Positions 9,831 through 19,517 of a DNA stretch of 64,000 bases are shown piece after piece; the first letter of the stretch is position 1, and every line of letters starts with the position of its first letter. This DNA comes from Escherichia phage 241Ecol014PP, in the sequence record OR062943.1. The stretch is one strand, 5' to 3'. Made by a program: the position numbers and the translations under genes. The notes under the pieces are model-generated. The model saw only the letters and a program-made list of their open reading frames with translations, was not told the origin of the DNA and made no database searches.

Positions 9831-10174
9831 TGAGCCTCCTTTTGCTGCAACAGCATTAACTCTTTGTTAGAGATCTTTACTGCTGTTTTTATTGTTCCAT
9901 CTTCACGAAACCACGACCAGAACTCTACAGTGTCACCACTATCAAGTAAAGCATGCCCATGGTAAAAATCTTTGTCCTTAGACAGTTTCTCATCTATATC
10001 TGCATCAACACATTCGTGATCCATAGCATTTTGCCTGAACGCATCGGTTATGCCAATGCACGCCTTGCTCTCAAGACTGGTATATCCGATATCTTTTAAT
10101 TCAGTTTCCCAAGTCCAGTACCCTATAAAAGCTAAAACAGCTACCCACAGTAATAACGTTTTAATCTTTGGCAT
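9827..10174 (-). CDS. hypothetical protein with N-terminal signal/TM segment
   Basis: MPKIKTLLLWVAVLAFIGYWTW hydrophobic N-terminus. Confidence 0.45.
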   Translation of the reverse strand: MPKIKTLLLWVAVLAFIGYWTWETELKDIGYTSLESKACIGITDAFRQNAMDHECVDADIDEKLSKDKDFYHGHALLDSGDTVEFWSWFREDGTIKTAVKISNKELMLLQQKEAQ

Positions 10175-10236
10175 TCTCTCTACCCCTTTCTTAGTTTATT
10201 TCACTATGGCACATCCTTTGTGCCATATCTCAACTA

Positions 10237-10707
10237 CTACTTAAATAGTAGTTCAAAATAGTGCAAAATTAACAGAAGTTGAACTACACCTAGTGCAACG
10301 GCAAGTATGTTAATCTTAGAATCGAAAAACTTCTTAACTTTTACTCTAAAAGGTTCCTTAATGTCCTTTACGATCCTATCTATAGATGACCTCATATCTC
10401 TGATTACCATCCTGAACATTAAAGACGGATGCTCCCCCATCTCTGTAACGGAATCGAAAACATACTCTCTTCGGTCATAAGGGCCGCCAGCTCTGCGTAT
10501 TAACCTCTCCACAGAGACCTCGAACGTCACACCTGTAACGTAATCATCTATAACAAGTCGTGACGGGTCTTTACCTTTACTATCAAGAGGTATCAAAGTT
10601 ATCTTTCCAGATTTTGTTAAAATTTCCCCTTTTTCAAGCAAGGTGTACCAATGCTCTCTGCCAAGACTGTTGAGGCACGTTTTTACATATTTAACAAACA
10701 TCGTCAC
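10237..10707 (-). CDS. hypothetical protein with C-terminal hydrophobic segment
   Basis: ORF track; ILAVALGVVQLLLILHYF tail. Confidence 0.45.
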   Translation of the reverse strand: MTMFVKYVKTCLNSLGREHWYTLLEKGEILTKSGKITLIPLDSKGKDPSRLVIDDYVTGVTFEVSVERLIRRAGGPYDRREYVFDSVTEMGEHPSLMFRMVIRDMRSSIDRIVKDIKEPFRVKVKKFFDSKINILAVALGVVQLLLILHYFELLFK

Positions 10708-10907
10708 CCCTCATCGCACGTCTGATATAACCACTCTATAAAATCTTGATACCATTCGCCCTCTGAGCGCTCCGTGGGCCAATAATCTTCACCCTCTCGT
10801 GCATTAAAATCTGAGTATTCAACTTTCCACTCCTTTACCAGCTCGTGGAGAAGGTTTTCAGCCTGCTCTAAAGATTTATTTTTTACCATTGCTGTCTCCT
10901 TTTTCAA
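10704..10907 (-). CDS. hypothetical small protein
   Basis: ORF track. Confidence 0.4.
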   Translation of the reverse strand: MKKETAMVKNKSLEQAENLLHELVKEWKVEYSDFNAREGEDYWPTERSEGEWYQDFIEWLYQTCDEG

Positions 10908-11108
10908 GATAGTTATACATCAGAACTGCACCACCTAAGATGGCTACCAGTAACAATACCCCAGATAGCATCTCAGTAAACATGGCTTGAAACACTGGAA
11001 GGCCTCCCTAAATTAACGCACCATTTTAAATACATGCTCTTTTCCCATAAAGGTGCCTGGCTAAGATCTGCGTAGAACGCAATCTCTTTAAGAAGAGTAT
11101 AAACAGTT

Positions 11109-11345
11109 TTAGGTGCGGTCTCCATCCCTACCCTCCTTTTTCTCCTTACGGATATTCTTGTAGTAATCAACCAGGCACATTATCACGATGAAGATAACAA
11201 CAGGCCAAAAAGGTGCAGCAGTGATGATGGTGATAAAATCATCAAACTTCACCCTTCGTCTGGACACGATGCATACACCTGTCAAGAATACCGCTGTTAT
11301 AACGGATATTACCAAGTAACCTATTAGCACAACATTTATACTCAT
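11109..11345 (-). CDS. small integral membrane protein (two hydrophobic helices)
   Basis: VVLIGYLVISVITAVFLTGVCIV and AAPFWPVVIFIVIMCLV segments. Confidence 0.4.
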   Translation of the reverse strand: MSINVVLIGYLVISVITAVFLTGVCIVSRRRVKFDDFITIITAAPFWPVVIFIVIMCLVDYYKNIRKEKKEGRDGDRT

Positions 11346-11375
11346 TAGCCCTCCCTTTGTAGGTTAAATTGTATA

Positions 11376-11909
11376 CTACAGATGGTTGCTTATGGTGTCA
11401 AGAAAATTGTCCCGTTCTTTCTTGGAGTTTTCACGGGTGTAGCTGAAAAACATGTCTAGAATAACCTTATTGATATACTCCAGCTCCTCTGTGTTCAGGT
11501 ACTTAGCAGGATCTACAATGACATCCCAAGTCTCATACAGACCGCACTCATGATACCCCCAACGCTGCTCAATTGTCAAGCTGAGCGGCAAATCTTTACC
11601 GTCACAAACAACCTTCCATCTACAAATGTTGGTATCTGGTCGTACCTGTGCACGGTACACCTGCACAAAATCCAATTTGAATTTGAGGTACTCGTCATAC
11701 AATTTAAGCACAAAGCTCTCGATTTGTGGAGACACTTTTGCAGCAAACTGTGCGTATTTGTACTTGCACTGGATGATCTTTCTGCGTTTTGCAGTTAAAT
11801 TTTTTGCCGCCAGTTGTTCTTCAGTGTATCTCCATCTACGATCAACAAACGCAACAGGGTCTTTGTCCCCATAGAGGTCTTCCCAGTTAATCAGAAGCAT
11901 ACTTGTCAC
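11376..11909 (-). CDS. hypothetical protein
   Basis: ORF track; overlapping plus ORFs judged spurious. Confidence 0.5.
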   Translation of the reverse strand: MTSMLLINWEDLYGDKDPVAFVDRRWRYTEEQLAAKNLTAKRRKIIQCKYKYAQFAAKVSPQIESFVLKLYDEYLKFKLDFVQVYRAQVRPDTNICRWKVVCDGKDLPLSLTIEQRWGYHECGLYETWDVIVDPAKYLNTEELEYINKVILDMFFSYTRENSKKERDNFLDTISNHL

Positions 11910-12139
11910 TCCTCCACAACTTCAAGGCCTTTGCCGCCTCGTTCTGGTAGATTACTTAAAGACAGGTAATACGTATAGTCAGAAGAGATCCTGCCAGACT
12001 CTGCACCTGCAGCTAATAAATCTTTTCCCTTAACCATGACAACATTATCGTTTGCAGATAGCCGTTTTGCTTCCACAATTTTACCAACACAGTCAACCAA
12101 GGAAGGGTACCCTAAATCTGTAAGAAATTTAACTTTCAT
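11906..12139 (-). CDS. hypothetical protein, MKVK-LD / DLIAAGA family member 3
   Basis: MKVKFLTDLGY...GKDLLAAGAES. Confidence 0.5.
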   Translation of the reverse strand: MKVKFLTDLGYPSLVDCVGKIVEAKRLSANDNVVMVKGKDLLAAGAESGRISSDYTYYLSLSNLPERGGKGLEVVEE

Positions 12140-12178
12140 GCTACCTCCTGCTTCTACCGTCCCTGGTAAGATAAATTA

Positions 12179-12577
12179 TTACTGAACAGAGCGCGGAGCT
12201 GGGAAGGATAACTCTTCTAAAGAGAAGATTTCATTTCCCACAATCCATGTTGCCGGATCATCTGGGTTGACTGGGTAGATAATCATCACCTCGTCCGTGT
12301 TACATACCCGCTTTTTACCTGTGGAGTTATCAGCAACCAGCATACGCGGTTCTTCAGAAATGCACAGGTAGCCTCCTCGGCCCACTGTTCCTTCCACAGG
12401 GTCTTGTCCTTTGATCACGATGATTATCTTTTCACCTGCGGCAATATTACCTTGCACACTTACCGTTTGACCAACCTTAGACGTACCAATCTGGGTTACT
12501 TCAAACATTACATCCCGAATTACTGTTGCATAATCGCCAGACACTTTCTTACCTTCTTTAGTGATCTCAATCTTCAT
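12179..12577 (-). CDS. hypothetical protein
   Basis: ORF track. Confidence 0.5.
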   Translation of the reverse strand: MKIEITKEGKKVSGDYATVIRDVMFEVTQIGTSKVGQTVSVQGNIAAGEKIIIVIKGQDPVEGTVGRGGYLCISEEPRMLVADNSTGKKRVCNTDEVMIIYPVNPDDPATWIVGNEIFSLEELSFPAPRSVQ

Positions 12578-12813
12578 ACACTAGGCTCCTTAAATGAATC
12601 TATGTAATCAATTAAATCCCAAGCATCCCTATGACCTGTCAGAGGGTATACTTCTCCAAGAGGGATCATAGCAATAAGCCTATCAAAAACCCAGTCTGGA
12701 CGCAACATTTTATGATGATATTCCCACTCACCTTCTACAGATTTTTTCTGAGTGATCAGAATCTCTGTGTAGTGTTTTGCCTGTCTTGAGTAAATTGAAA
12801 ACGACTTATACAT
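12574..12813 (-). CDS. hypothetical protein
   Basis: ORF track. Confidence 0.4.
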   Translation of the reverse strand: MYKSFSIYSRQAKHYTEILITQKKSVEGEWEYHHKMLRPDWVFDRLIAMIPLGEVYPLTGHRDAWDLIDYIDSFKEPSV

Positions 12814-12850
12814 AGATGACCCCCCCTCTTGTTGAAAACAAAATACACCA

Positions 12851-13165
12851 CTACCAAGTCACTGTCAAGTAGGCAACCGTGTTATTTTTCTCCGGAGAGA
12901 TGCCAACAACATCCACCTGCAGACCTCCTGCCCTCAAATCCCCAACGATGTGTGGGAAGTAGTCTGAGAGGTGTGATGGGAGATTTATCGAAAATCCGCA
13001 TCCCAGAAAGCCTGCTAACGCTTTATTTTGTATCTCCCCTACAATCGCATCATAGATAGAGTTAAGCTCGTCAGGAAGCGTTACAGGACGTTTTAGCGCT
13101 AACTGGTGTAATTTGTCCTTAGCACTCATTTTCATTTCAGGTCTACCTCTGGGGGTGCCAACCAC
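12851..13165 (-). CDS. hypothetical protein
   Basis: ORF track. Confidence 0.4.
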   Translation of the reverse strand: MVGTPRGRPEMKMSAKDKLHQLALKRPVTLPDELNSIYDAIVGEIQNKALAGFLGCGFSINLPSHLSDYFPHIVGDLRAGGLQVDVVGISPEKNNTVAYLTVTW

Positions 13166-13665
13166 ATAAATGGCGGCAAGTCTAAACGGTTTTTCTTATC
13201 CCACACAAAATATGCATATGCTTGCCCGTCAGTTCTACCATTTGATTGAAATGATGGACGCTTAGATATTGTGATCACCGTAGTAGGTGCATTATCAAGC
13301 CACCATTCAAATCTAGCTTTGCTTTCCAGAAAATTAAGACGCAAAAGCATAATAACTACGTCAGCATCTTTCAACGCCTTGTCTACAAACTCACGAGCCA
13401 GGCTGTATGGTGGGTTGGTGATAATACAGTCAACATGGTTGTATTCTGTATTCAGATAGTCAACACCTTCTTGTATTTCTCCCCATGCAGATCCTAACGG
13501 CATACGGGAGTAGAACACACCTGAGGCACTATTCCTGCAAGGCTCTAAGTAGGTCCAGTCTTCTGGGAACGGAATAAGGTCATACAGCCCTTCTGCACAC
13601 CACTCCGGTGTCACATACTCATCGTAGGCGTTACGTTGTTCATCAGGTTTTCTAGCACAAGTCAT
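13132..13665 (-). CDS. DNA N6-adenine methyltransferase
   Basis: Motif IV IITNPPYS in translation. Confidence 0.75.
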   Translation of the reverse strand: MTCARKPDEQRNAYDEYVTPEWCAEGLYDLIPFPEDWTYLEPCRNSASGVFYSRMPLGSAWGEIQEGVDYLNTEYNHVDCIITNPPYSLAREFVDKALKDADVVIMLLRLNFLESKARFEWWLDNAPTTVITISKRPSFQSNGRTDGQAYAYFVWDKKNRLDLPPFMWLAPPEVDLK

Positions 13666-13716
13666 GCAAATCTCCAGATCATAAAAGCCCTCCGAAGAGG
13701 GCTTTAGAATTAATGT

Positions 13717-14763
13717 TTAAGCTTCTTCGACAATTCCTGCACCCAGGATTTTTTCATTGAGCTCTTTTGCTGTTTTAATAATATTGTCCACCAGACGCTT
13801 GCGAGTCTTATCTTTCACCTTAACCTCTTCACCGCCGTTCAGAGTAGTCTTCAATTGAGACAGAATATCCTGAAGTTCAACGACAGAGAATCTCTGCAGA
13901 TCTTCTGAAGTAATCTCACTCAGGGCGATCCGGACGGTCTCGCCACTTTCCATCTGCAGATTCAGGAACACAGTGTGAACATCACCTTTCGAACCAACCG
14001 CTTTCGCAGATTCAACAGCATGGACTAACTCATCTAAAGAGGTGCACTGGTGAATCTCCGGAAGACCTGCTTCACCTAACACGCCTTCATCACCTTTTGC
14101 CAGAAGCTTTTTAGGTTTTTGTCCGTTCTGGATGCGTTGTATGTTGCCTTCATCCAGAATAATAGCTCCAGTACGTGCTGCCAGCTCTTCTCCGTCCAAC
14201 CACACTTCGCCACCAGCTGTGATGGATGCGATCTCATCTTCTGTCAGCACTCCACCGTAGTATTTTTCAATCAGGCGTTCAAAACGTTTTTTCCAATAAC
14301 TGACCTGAGTATTCATGTTCACACCGTTACCATAAGTGCCACCTTGATAGTAGTGGAACATAAATTCTGTATCCGGAGCCACAGTGCGTTCTTTGCAACC
14401 CAGCCATAAGATTGTTCCCGCAGAGCAGCACATCCCTTCAGCATGTGCAACAACGCTTGCCTGAGACTCGCGGAATGCCTGCAGATAAGCCATTGCAATG
14501 TGCACGCAACCCCCAGGGCTATTGATGATCACCCGAATGCTTTCTTCCGGCTGAGCCATACGGATCGTCTGCAGACGAGACATATGATCCTGCAGGTCCT
14601 CCAAATCGTCGATATAAAGAACGTGGTCAACAACAGGTGTTGGGTAGCTGTATGTTTCCATAATACCACCCGGCATACCAAACATTTTATTACTCATAGG
14701 TTCGAAACCGTTCTGTTTTTCTTTCATGCCGTGTACCATGGTGCTGCGAGGTGTTAAATTCAT
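13717..14763 (-). CDS. ClpP-like serine protease with ~150-aa C-terminal extension
   Basis: VIINSPGGCVHIAMAYL ... GMCCSAGTILW ... FMFHYY resembles ClpP INSPGG / AASMGA / MIHQP. Confidence 0.65.
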   Translation of the reverse strand: MNLTPRSTMVHGMKEKQNGFEPMSNKMFGMPGGIMETYSYPTPVVDHVLYIDDLEDLQDHMSRLQTIRMAQPEESIRVIINSPGGCVHIAMAYLQAFRESQASVVAHAEGMCCSAGTILWLGCKERTVAPDTEFMFHYYQGGTYGNGVNMNTQVSYWKKRFERLIEKYYGGVLTEDEIASITAGGEVWLDGEELAARTGAIILDEGNIQRIQNGQKPKKLLAKGDEGVLGEAGLPEIHQCTSLDELVHAVESAKAVGSKGDVHTVFLNLQMESGETVRIALSEITSEDLQRFSVVELQDILSQLKTTLNGGEEVKVKDKTRKRLVDNIIKTAKELNEKILGAGIVEEA

Positions 14764-14823
14764 GAGAAATCCTTAATATTGGAAGTTGAAAGCTATTTAT
14801 TTAAACCTGATTCACATTTACCT

Positions 14824-15135
14824 TTATTTAGCAATCACTATGGAATACTTACGATTGTCAGAAGCATCACAACTCAATGATTGCCAGTCTACCACATACC
14901 ACGTATCATTGTCAACAATTACTTTATCGCCTGTTCTGTAGCAAGTGCTGCTTTCAATAATTCGAGACTCGATAAAGAATCTGTGTCGGCGCTCACGTAG
15001 CAACGCTAAGTTAATTATATTACCACCGCTGTCCTTGGTCCACACATTCTTGGATCCTTTATTTGCCAAAATTGTCTCGCCGTTATAGACAAACAGGCAG
15101 TATATTTTATTCAGTTTTTCTTGTATTGTAGCCAT
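14824..15135 (-). CDS. hypothetical protein
   Basis: ORF track. Confidence 0.4.
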   Translation of the reverse strand: MATIQEKLNKIYCLFVYNGETILANKGSKNVWTKDSGGNIINLALLRERRHRFFIESRIIESSTCYRTGDKVIVDNDTWYVVDWQSLSCDASDNRKYSIVIAK

Positions 15136-15163
15136 ACTGTCCTTCTCTCTGTTTTGTCCGATA

Positions 15164-15192
15164 ATAATATCTAAAGCTTACCTATTTGTCAA
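15164..15192 (-). promoter_or_regulatory. sigma70-like promoter (minus strand): TTGACA-17-TATTAT
   Basis: Reverse complement reads TTGACAaataggtaagctttagaTATTAT. Confidence 0.4.
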
Positions 15193-15236
15193 CAACTGTT
15201 TTAGATATTTAAGGGTGGAATAACCACCCTTCTGTA

Positions 15237-16025
15237 TTACTCGGAAACAGGGGTCCAAATATGATTTGCACGATCCTCAATAAGATTGAGTGCGATCTGA
15301 CGACCCAACCCGGAACGAACTACATCGTCTGGACTATCAAAGCTGATCATTCCAACCTCAGGATCTGGATGACGAGTAAAGAAATCCGTCACCCATGCAA
15401 GGCCAGATTTACCAGGGATGTCACGTTGGCTATTATCACCCATAATTACAAGGGTGGCTTGATCAGAGATCCTTGTGATAATTGACAACATTTCTTCAGG
15501 GTTAGTTTGCTGTGCCTCATCAATCAGGACAAAGCATCGCTCATCGAAACTACGACCACGAATGCTTTCAACTTCACAAATCTCGATACGGCTGTTCTGA
15601 CCGTCTCCCAGCATTGCGGCAAAAGCACCTCTACCGACACGTTTGCAAATGGTGTCCATCATGCTGCGAAGGTAAGGCCAAAGCTTTTGCATTGACGTGC
15701 CAGGTTTGTATCCGCTTGATTTTCCGGTCGTGACGTATGGACGTGCAACAACAATCTTATCAATTTCATTCTTACGCAGAAGGTCACCTGCATAGGCAGA
15801 TGCCATGAATGTTTTACCAGACCCAAACACTCCGTTTACAATGATAATTTTACGCGACCCTAGGTAATCAAGATACTTTTGCTGCTTCTTGTTCATTGGA
15901 CGGAGAGTCGGAGCGGTGTGCTCTCGTTCGTCAGCAAATTTCTCAGCAGCTTTACGCAAACGATCAGATTTGCGAGCCTCTCTAGCTTCATCACGCATGC
16001 GTTTTGTTTCTTTAGCTCGACCCAT
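15237..16025 (-). CDS. phoH: PhoH-like ATPase
   Basis: Walker A GVFGSGKT and PhoH-like downstream blocks. Confidence 0.75.
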   Translation of the reverse strand: MGRAKETKRMRDEAREARKSDRLRKAAEKFADEREHTAPTLRPMNKKQQKYLDYLGSRKIIIVNGVFGSGKTFMASAYAGDLLRKNEIDKIVVARPYVTTGKSSGYKPGTSMQKLWPYLRSMMDTICKRVGRGAFAAMLGDGQNSRIEICEVESIRGRSFDERCFVLIDEAQQTNPEEMLSIITRISDQATLVIMGDNSQRDIPGKSGLAWVTDFFTRHPDPEVGMISFDSPDDVVRSGLGRQIALNLIEDRANHIWTPVSE

Positions 16026-16063
16026 GTTGGGACTCCTTTCAGATTGAGATGTGCCAAGTACTT

Positions 16064-16414
16064 TTACTGCAATAGTTTTTCAATAGCCGCTTCCATGCTG
16101 CTTGCAACAGCCTGAACTCGGATATTCATCTCTTCTTGGTGGATCAGCTCCTTAAGCTCTTTAATGGTAAATTCTTTAGAGAAACCTTCCACCATAATCT
16201 TGTGTAAGGCTTCTTGCGTGTCTACTTGCAAGAACTTTTCCAGTTTGTTGGCAGAGGCTTCTAAATCAGCCCGAATACGAGGGTCATCTGTGCGATTCAG
16301 CATTAGGTGTAAGCCATCAAGATTAGTGGAAATAGCGTCTGCATGTTGAGTAACTAACCGTGGCAAAATGAGATCTACAAACTTATTAGCCAAATCGATA
16401 CGTTCTTGTGTCAC
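16064..16414 (-). CDS. hypothetical helical protein
   Basis: ORF track. Confidence 0.45.
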   Translation of the reverse strand: MTQERIDLANKFVDLILPRLVTQHADAISTNLDGLHLMLNRTDDPRIRADLEASANKLEKFLQVDTQEALHKIMVEGFSKEFTIKELKELIHQEEMNIRVQAVASSMEAAIEKLLQ

Positions 16415-16555
16415 TGTTGCACCCCCTCTTCATCCTCATGATGTTTCTTTTCACGCTTGTGTTTTTTCTTAAGCTCAAGCGCAATCTCTTTCTTGTACGC
16501 CTTCTTCAAGGCTTTTTTAGCCATTTGGCACCTCCTCTGCTTTCATTTTACGATA

Positions 16556-16585
16556 ATTATACCTATCTAAACAAATCTTTGTCAA
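16556..16585 (-). promoter_or_regulatory. sigma70-like promoter (minus strand): TTGACA-18-TATAAT
   Basis: Reverse complement reads TTGACAaagatttgtttagataggTATAAT. Confidence 0.45.
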
Positions 16586-16588
16586 CAA

Positions 16589-17062
16589 CTAGTCTACCTG
16601 AACCCAACCGCCTGCTACTTTTTTAAACATTCTTTGGTTATCGCTACCTCGGAACGGTTTCTTGGTTGGTAAATCTTTTACATACTTACCGTCAATGATG
16701 ATATCAGCCAGTTTAAGAACATCACTAGAGATATGGTCAAATGTGAACCCAGTATATACAAGAATAGTTTTCTTGTCACCAAATTTTTCCTTAATTTTCT
16801 CCATCAGGCTAATAATATCTGGCTCATTATAGTATGCTAAGGGTTCTCCACCCAGCAGAGAGATACCGCACACAGACGGGTTATCTAAATCTGACAAGAT
16901 TTTTTGCAAGTCTTCTTCAGTGAACTCTCTCCCCTTATCTTTTGACCAAAATGCCTGATTAAAGCAACCAGGGCAAGCGTGTGGGCACCCAGATACCCAC
17001 AAGGCAGTTCTAATACCGGGCCCTTCGGTGTAAGATATTTCTGTGTATCCGACAATGTTCAT
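16589..17062 (-). CDS. nrdG: anaerobic ribonucleotide reductase activating protein (radical SAM)
   Basis: CPHACPGCFN radical-SAM cysteine cluster; adjacent to nrdD. Confidence 0.85.
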   Translation of the reverse strand: MNIVGYTEISYTEGPGIRTALWVSGCPHACPGCFNQAFWSKDKGREFTEEDLQKILSDLDNPSVCGISLLGGEPLAYYNEPDIISLMEKIKEKFGDKKTILVYTGFTFDHISSDVLKLADIIIDGKYVKDLPTKKPFRGSDNQRMFKKVAGGWVQVD

Positions 17063-17238
17063 AGATACTCCGCATCACATTTAGGGCAATGCCAAATAAA
17101 ATCATCAAGTGCCTTGCACCAACGAAGATTGCAACGACAACCACACTTGCAAATTTTATAAATACCTTTAGACATACTGTACCTCCTAGCTCACTGTGTG
17201 TCAATAATATGCCACATCCTTGTGGCTTTTGTCAAGTA

Positions 17239-18231
17239 TCAGCAACTACAACTTCCATGGTGCTTAACTCGCTCGATAACTTCCGCTTGCTTACCTTTAT
17301 TGTAAGGACGGGAGTTAGGACTGGAAAGGTATCCGGACACACGTCGAATTACACTGATCGTTCCCTCTTCATGGTTTCCACACTCTGGGCATACAAAGCC
17401 TTTAGCTGTTGCACTGAACTCACCAGAGAAACCACACTTGAGACATTTATCCACAGGTTGGTTAATACCAAAATACATAATGTGTTTATATCCGAAATCA
17501 ACAAGAGCTTCCAAAGCATCTAAGTTGTTTTTCAGATTTGGTGTCTCTATGTACCCAATGTTGCCACCAGAAGAGATCATGGCAAAACCTTCTTCATACT
17601 TCCACTTATCAAAAGGCGAACTATTGATCCATACTGGCTGATGGAAACTGTTGGTGAGGTATTCATGCTCATGCTTCAACACCTCCGGATATTCACGATC
17701 CAGGCAGGTTGCAGCTTTATAGCATAAACTCTCAGAAGGGGTGCCGTACAAGCTAAATGCTAGTCTACTTTCCCTCTTGTATCGCTCACAAGCATCTCTC
17801 ATGTGCTGAAGGATTCCAAGAGCTAAAGCCTTGTCACCCTCTCTGCCCAAAATCTGACAGGTTTCATACACACCAATATACCCAATACTGATGGAAGCGT
17901 ACCCGTCATAGAAGAGTTTATCAATACTCTCTTCAGGATCCAAGCGAGCAAGAGCTCCTTCACACCACATGATAGGGTTCTGCCCTGCCTTGGTGCCTTT
18001 CAGACGGTTAACCCTTACAAGGTGAGCTTCATATGCCAAATCCAAATACTCGTCAAGAACGGCAAAGAAATCAACACCTTCCGTCTTAGCTTTTGCCGCA
18101 ATCATTGGCAGGTTAAGGCTAACAACACCCAAGTTGAATCTGCCAAGGTATTTCTCCTCACCTGTTACAGGGTCGCTATATTTCGATAAGAAACTTCTAC
18201 ACATTATGTTCAGGGTGGTTCGCAAGTCCAC
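17239..18231 (-). CDS. nrdD: anaerobic ribonucleoside-triphosphate reductase, C-terminal exon (glycyl radical domain)
   Basis: RRVSGYL glycyl-radical-type motif; CxxC...CxxC Zn ribbon; 5' boundary approximate. Confidence 0.8.
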   Translation of the reverse strand: MDLRTTLNIMCRSFLSKYSDPVTGEEKYLGRFNLGVVSLNLPMIAAKAKTEGVDFFAVLDEYLDLAYEAHLVRVNRLKGTKAGQNPIMWCEGALARLDPEESIDKLFYDGYASISIGYIGVYETCQILGREGDKALALGILQHMRDACERYKRESRLAFSLYGTPSESLCYKAATCLDREYPEVLKHEHEYLTNSFHQPVWINSSPFDKWKYEEGFAMISSGGNIGYIETPNLKNNLDALEALVDFGYKHIMYFGINQPVDKCLKCGFSGEFSATAKGFVCPECGNHEEGTISVIRRVSGYLSSPNSRPYNKGKQAEVIERVKHHGSCSC

Positions 18232-18954
18232 CCCCGCACCTTTAAGTGCTGCTGCATGTTCCCATGCAGATCAGACTATATCTTCACACTTAGTGTGTCT
18301 ACCATTTCGAGTGTCATCGGCTTACACCCTACACCGCTACATTCATCACGGTTAGTCGTTAGGCATTTCGTAACAGAACTCGTAATCATAGTTATTAGGC
18401 GCACCACGTTTCAGGATAGCAGATATTCTTTTTCTATCTATTCCTAAAACATCAGCACAACATCTCAGACTTTTAAAGTGGAAAACCTCACCAGTTAATT
18501 TGTTGGTGGCTTTCACACCGTGGCATCTTGTGTAAAAAGCATAACAGTTGTTGTTGTATCCTTCTTGCGTATTGTCTGGGCAAGCTCCCCACTCAAGGTT
18601 GTATACACTGTTATCTTTCCTGTTGTCCCCTTTGTGCTTAACATAGGGTAAATTGTCTGGATTTGGTAAGAACGCTTCAGCAACAAGTCTGTGAACCCTT
18701 AGGCAAACAGTCTTTTTGTTCTTGCGTATCCTAACAAGACGGTAACCTGTGTTTATCTCTTCCCACGAATGAATAATTCTTTCATTTTCGTAGCGGGTGC
18801 AATAAACATTGCCCATCTCGTCAATTTCATAACCTTCAAAATCACGAATTTGTTTTCTCATTTCAGGACTCCTCTTGGTCAGGAGTTCTGTTACGTTTAG
18901 CACGGGATTGTCCGTTCTGGAGTTTCCCCGTTTAGGTAGATTTTACATGAGCAG
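18232..18954 (-). mobile_element. putative group I intron in nrdD carrying an HNH homing endonuclease ORF (boundaries approximate)
   Basis: On the nrdD sense strand: P-like AAACGGGGAAAC (rc of 18923-18934), Q-like AAUCCCGU (rc of 18902-18909), R-like AACGACUAACC (rc of 18350-18360), S-like GAUAUAGUCUG (rc of 18272-18282). Confidence 0.6.
18352..18861 (-). CDS. HNH homing endonuclease (intron-encoded)
   Basis: HRLVAEAFLPNP...KHKGDNRKDNSVYNLEW; start trimmed to ATG preceded by AGGAG (ORF track extends to 18903 from a GTG). Confidence 0.7.
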   Translation of the reverse strand: MRKQIRDFEGYEIDEMGNVYCTRYENERIIHSWEEINTGYRLVRIRKNKKTVCLRVHRLVAEAFLPNPDNLPYVKHKGDNRKDNSVYNLEWGACPDNTQEGYNNNCYAFYTRCHGVKATNKLTGEVFHFKSLRCCADVLGIDRKRISAILKRGAPNNYDYEFCYEMPND

Positions 18955-19245
18955 TTATAGTTTACCCATGCTCGTTACTTTGCCATCTGTCGAGCCTGTC
19001 ACTTTTCTATTTAGTGGTACAGATACGAAGTCAGGATAGATACGTTCTGCACAGCATTCCAGAGCTAATCGTTTCAAATCATAGTTAGGATCCTCAGGGT
19101 TCATGTTGACACCCTCTTCTAGGAAGAACAGCACTTTAGGGAACACAGGTGTGATACGTTCTTCACCAAGACCCATTTTGTGGACTTTCAAGTAGTTTTT
19201 GGTAATCATTCTACCAAAGACCGAGGTATCCAGTCCTAAACTCAA
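18955..19245 (-). CDS. nrdD: anaerobic ribonucleotide reductase, middle exon (ORF-defined limits)
   Basis: NrdD-like FPKV...PNYDL...LECCAERIYPD; flanked by two intron-like segments. Confidence 0.55.
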   Translation of the reverse strand: MSLGLDTSVFGRMITKNYLKVHKMGLGEERITPVFPKVLFFLEEGVNMNPEDPNYDLKRLALECCAERIYPDFVSVPLNRKVTGSTDGKVTSMGKL

Positions 19246-19517
19246 TGTGATAAAAGGGGTTTGCGGTCCCCACCCTTATGTTTCCACAAGGCCAGACTAT
19301 CTCTTGCCTGAAATCACACCGTGTGATTCTTAATCAGACCTCTGCGTTTCGGAATCTTCCATAATCCCTACACCAAAAGGTTAGTCGTTACAACCGCCTC
19401 ACTCCTTGTGAAGCTAGTCACGGGATTGGCATAGCTTTCGCCTTAGCGTTCCCCGTTAGCCAGCGATCAGCTGACCCCTCGTACTGAGGTTAGCAGAGTT
19501 TTAAAACGGCCAGTTTG
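19246..19517 (-). ncRNA. putative ORF-less group I intron in nrdD (boundaries approximate)
   Basis: Sense-strand P-like AACGGGGAAC (rc 19438-19447), Q-like AAUCCCGU (rc 19410-19417), R-like AACGACUAACC (rc 19369-19379), S-like AGAUAGUCUGG (rc 19292-19306); no ORF. Confidence 0.55.
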
